From positions 1 through 64,000 of the forward strand of contig JAIVFI010000025.1 of NCBI GenBank assembly GCA_025558095.1: a stretch of DNA of 64,000 nt. Direction: 5' to 3'. The stretch is from Hyaloraphidium curvatum SAG 235-1. Taxonomy: Eukaryota > Fungi > Monoblepharomycota. Below are positions 60,047 to 64,000 of this stretch, in pieces. Both the position numbers and the translations under genes were made by a program. The notes under the pieces are model-generated. The model was not told where the DNA came from. It made no database searches and saw nothing but the letters and a program-made list of their open reading frames with translations. Position 1 is the stretch's first letter, and each line of letters opens with the position of its first letter.

Positions 60047-60208
60047 ATCGTTGGATTTGGCTGGATGCGGCCTGAGTTTCCGAGTCCCATCAGCTAGACA
60101 GAATCTGCTCTTCTGTTCTCGTCCAAGCCGCAATCCTACTCTCCGCCTTGATTACTCGTTGCGCTAGAGACCCATAGATCGCCTCATCGCCATGACCCTC
60201 GATGGCGG
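60047..60208. repeat. Decayed direct copy of 62371-62521 (3' coding end of the DUF1206 gene)
   Basis: 60155-60208 vs 62468-62521 match at 50 of 54 nt; patchier similarity upstream. Confidence 0.8.
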
Positions 60209-60252
60209 TCTTTTTGTAATGTGACAGGAGCCTGTCTCGCCATTTGCCAAAG

Positions 60253-62191
60253 ATGCCTTCCTCCACAACGCGCGTGGCTGTCGTCGGCGCTGGACAGTTC
60301 ACGAATCGGTCGCGGCGCTGCGATGATTCGGCGTTGGAGCCCGTGGCTCTCATGGAAGTCGCCGTCCGCCGCGCATTCGAGGACGCGTCCGGGGGCGATG
60401 CCGCGCTCGCCGCCCACCTGAGAGCCCTCGTCGACGCCGTCACCGTCATTTCATTCTCTTCGTGGACATACGATGACGCACCGTCGCTCGTCGCCTCGCG
60501 CTGCGGGCTCGTGGGCGTCGCCCCTCAGAACCGGATCTACTCGGAGTCTGGTGGAACTTCGGTTCGTGTTGAAGTGTTTCTCGTGTCCTTAAGTCTGATT
60601 CTTTGGTCAGCCATTGAAGAGCATCGACGCCGCCGCACGGAGGATCGCGGCTGGCGAAATCCGGCTGGCTCTCATCGTCGGCGCCGAGGCGTGGGCTTCG
60701 CGGTCAGCTTTTGGCTCCTCGGACCCTCCCTGGACACTCTCTACCAAAAAGGCAGCGGCTTCGGGCTCTCTCCAGCAAACCCTGGAAGTGTTTTCGGATG
60801 GCTCGGAGTACCTCGCCCGCCACCAGGTGGTCCAACCCATGCACGCCTTCTCCCTCTACGAAAATGCCTTGCGGAAAGCACGGGGCATGAGCAAAAGCGC
60901 TGCGGACGAGGAGAACGGGGAGCTCATGAAAGAGTATTCCACCGTTGCTGCCCAAAATGCCGAGTACGCATGGTTCCCGGACCGGCGGACCAGGGAGCAG
61001 ATCTGCACCGTCTCTCCGCAGAATCGGATGGTGTCCTACCCTTGTGCGTGCTTCTTCATCCCCTGCGGAATCGAACTGATGCCTCGATCCGCCTTCAGGG
61101 CCGGTGCTAATGAACTCGATCATGGCCGTAAACCAGGCCGCCTGCGTCCTCGTCGCCTCCACCGACCTCCTCTCGTCGCTCGGCTCCCCCCTCGCCCGAC
61201 CGATCTTTATCGCCGGTGCCGCGGGCACGGCGGACTCGGACGACATCCTCGAGCGGAGGGACTACCATTCGAGTCCGGGGGCAGGGCTGGCGATGAAGAC
61301 GGCGATGGAGATTGCGGGAGTCAGCACCGCGGCGGAGCTGGATTACATTGATCTCTACTCCTGCTTCCCATCATCGCCAAAGTGAGAGCTTGCGCCGACC
61401 ATAGCGGCAGCGCGCCTTCAACTGAGGCACGAATCCACAGGCTGGCAGCACAGGCACTCGGCATACCCGTCCTCAACCCGTCCCGGCCCCGCACCGTCAC
61501 TGGCGGTCTCGCAAGCTTCGGAGGCATGCACTGCCTTGTCTCATCTATCGCAGGTGCTTCCTGACACGTCCGTCTCAGGACCCGGATCGAACTACTCGAT
61601 GCACGCCGTCTGCTTCATGGTTCAGCGACTCCGCGAGCAATCGGCATCCTCCTCCGGCACCTCCGGGCACAACAGCCGCGGCTTGGTCTACAGCCCAGGC
61701 GACTGGGTGCGAAAACATCGTACGTGTGCCGGCTTGAGCGGTTGTGGAGCCTGTTTTGACGTTCCCGCAGAGGCCATGGTGTTTTCCACCGCAATCCCTC
61801 CTCGGCCGTATCCTCCCGCGCCGCCTTTGCCGCCCAAGTTGAACCTCGAACACCCTCCGCTGCGGGATCATCTTGCTCCGGGCGAGTCGCAGACGGCGAC
61901 CATCGAGACTTTCTCCGTCTTGGTACGTGGGACCGCCGCCCCTCGCTGGAGCGTTCAGCTTACACGCCACAGTTCGACCGCGCGAGCGTGCCGACGATCG
62001 GCTTCGCCATCCTTCGCCTCGCGACGGGCGAGCGGACGCTGGCCAACTGCGCCGGCGGCAGCGCGACCGCGGCCTGGCTAATCGACCCTGCGACGGAACC
62101 CATCGGCGCGACGGTGAAGGTGTGGACGGACGGCAGCCCTGGGAAGGAGACAAACTGGTTCGAGATGGCAGGCTCTAAACCCAATCTGTAG
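60253..62191 (+). CDS. Thiolase-like protein (acetyl-CoA acetyltransferase family with extra C-terminal domain), multi-exon
   Basis: VVGAGQ..EPVALM, LIVGAEA, LYENALR, NRMVSYP, VNQAA, DLYSCFP, TVTGGLASFG^GPGSNYSMHA, ATIETFSV. Confidence 0.9.
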
Positions 62192-62263
62192 GTCAAACTA
62201 TAGTAGAGGCACTCGGACTCGTGCTCTTCTGCCAGCCATTGCCGCTATCTGAGTCTTAAGGAT

Positions 62264-63695
62264 TCAAACCAGGCTGGATCCGACAGGGCCCGTAATTCTA
62301 AACATAGATTCGCATGAGTATGTACAGGATCGGTCAAAATTTGAGATCTTGACTTGCGAGACCGCCACTGTCGGTTGAGTTGGCTGGATGGAGGACGGAG
62401 CGGCCGCGCCTTTCCCGCCGGGCCAGAACCTGCGCTTCCAACCCGCGATCTTGCTTTCCGCCTCCGCCTCGTTGCGCTCGAGACCCATAGATCGCCGCAT
62501 CGCCTTGACCCTCGACGGCGGCTCGGTCGGGAACAGTTTGTACCAGAGGCCGGCAACGACCTACAGGGGGGGAAGTCACCGATCTGCTGAACGCCCGCGA
62601 AAGCACTCTTTCGTAGCACCTACGGCATATGTCCCGTACAGTATCAGCCCCAGCCCCAAGAACACCATGCAGAACCGCCCGAATCCCGTGGTCTTGAACT
62701 GCTCAAGCCCCGACCCAATGTAGTTCGACCCGTTAAGCCCCGCCGACGCCGGCACCCCTTCGGCGGCCTTGAAGAAGAGCACGGCGCATGCCATGAACAC
62801 CACCGCACGGGCGAGGATGCCCGCCTGGCCGAGCACGTACACGGCCATGCGCTCCCACCGGCGGGGTGCGATCTTGTTGGGATCGAGGTCGCGCTTGAAG
62901 CTCCCCGTCAGGGCGGGGACAAGCTGACTGAGGAAGGCGCAGAGGAAGCCGAGCCCGACTATGGCGAGCCCGGCGCGGCCGGCAGTGGTCTGGGCCCAAC
63001 AGTCGAGGCCAGAGCATGGGGCGCCGCTCGATGACGTCGAAGCTGTCGGGTGAGAGAAGAGGGGAAGAAGTAGATGCAGTAGATTATATACCTGCGATGC
63101 GTTTTTCGGAGGGAGGATTGATGGTTGATCGGCAAGTCGAGTTCGAATAGTTGAAGCCAAGTCAATCGGTTTCGGGTAAGCCACCAGACGAAGCACGAGA
63201 ACTCACATGGAACCCGACACGAATGGAGAGAGCCTGAACTTGAAGAAGTTGCCCACGGCGCCCTTTTCGGTGTCGTATCCGGCTCCGACGACGCACTGCC
63301 GCGAAAGTTGAGGATGATCAGAGCCGTCCGAATGCGGCGCTTTCAGCGCCCACCTCGAAGTACCGCCAGAAGGCATAGAGCAGTAGCCCAATGCCCAGGA
63401 TCACGAGCAACGGTTCCCCCGCGTCCCCGACGAGCAGGAACGCCCCAACCGGCGAGCCATGACCCGCCGACGCCGGGTCGCCGAGCCCGGACCTGATGGT
63501 TATCCCGCCCAGGATGGCGTACACGACGCCCTTTGCCGTCCAGCCGATACGCCCGGCGACGACGTCGAACGTTCGCGCCCGCCGGCTGTGCGGGCCTCGG
63601 GGATTGTTGAACTTGAACCAGAGGGCGCGGGAGTGGCGCGACGCGGCGGCCGCGGCGTCGCGAGCCACGGCCTCCGCCTTTTCGGGGATGTCCAT
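62264..63695 (-). CDS. DUF1206-type polytopic membrane protein, multi-exon
   Basis: RIGWTAKGVVYAILG, GLLLYAFWRYFE, GQAGILARAVVF, GLGLILYG repeats; exact 3' end uncertain. Confidence 0.8.
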
Positions 63696-63869
63696 CGCCT
63701 GGGTGGCGCAGAGAAGCGAAAGGCAGACCGACGGGTTGCCGAGTGCAAACTGTTGCTGACGTGGCCCGGGACCGAGGCTGGTACGTCACAGCCCCACAAG
63801 CGACCACCCTGATCCTCGAAAGAAAAGTCTATGATGATGCCCAGATTGCAGCGCTACACACCCATCGGC

Positions 63870-64000
63870 CTATGCCAAGTCCTCCGACGCCCTCTTCGAT
63901 CCGCCCAAAGTCGAGTTTGTGTCCGACTTGGCCGAACCGTCCGAACCCGGCGACGCCGGGACGTCGGCGTCCGAGATGGTCAGCGCGATGGGCGCCGCCC
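63870..64000 (-). CDS. 3' end of a gene entering from beyond the window
   Basis: Open frame AAPIALTISDADV...KRASEDLA then TAG at 63870-63872. Confidence 0.4.
   Translation of the reverse strand, partial: AAPIALTISDADVPASPGSDGSAKSDTNSTLGGSKRASEDLA

Noticed and set aside
1-64000. rRNA, tRNA or other structured RNA genes
   Set aside because: None recognised by eye; Infernal and tRNAscan-SE would be needed to exclude them.

Overview
Very GC-rich, intron-containing eukaryotic DNA, most consistent with an early-diverging (chytrid/monoblepharid-like) fungus (inference from Zn2Cys6 factors, CBM18, GT34 and short introns of about 50-90 bp with CTRAC branch sites). It represents a chromosome end. Positions 1-16643 are the reverse complement of 17063-33667, folded around a (TTAGG)n telomeric array (16663-16789) and a garbled junction. 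This is most likely a fold-back read/assembly artefact, so unique sequence effectively starts at about 16.7 kb. From the telomere inward: three Zn2Cys6 transcription factors (the outermost takes its stop codon from the telomere repeat), a DLA-type kinase, a GT-like protein, epoxide hydrolase, PhyH dioxygenase, a twin-Cx9C protein, a secreted DUF4397-CBM18 fusion, two intronless bacterial-type hydrolases, MYND fingers, a head-to-head MFS pair, GT34, a P5B ATPase, a thiolase-like gene and a DUF1206 gene. Main novel candidates: (1) a histone H3 fold missing from the ORF track (42688-42975, minus strand) that has lost its DNA-contacting basic residues and appears fused, across a 1-nt frameshift, to a roughly 350-aa acidic domain, suggesting a histone decoy or chaperone; (2) a 7-TM protein with gustatory-receptor-like (7TMIC) topology; (3) a small family with a C-x-H..C-x-x-C-H motif, two members carrying a neurabin/Bni4-type PP1-docking motif; (4) a gene ending directly in an insect-type TTAGG telomere.
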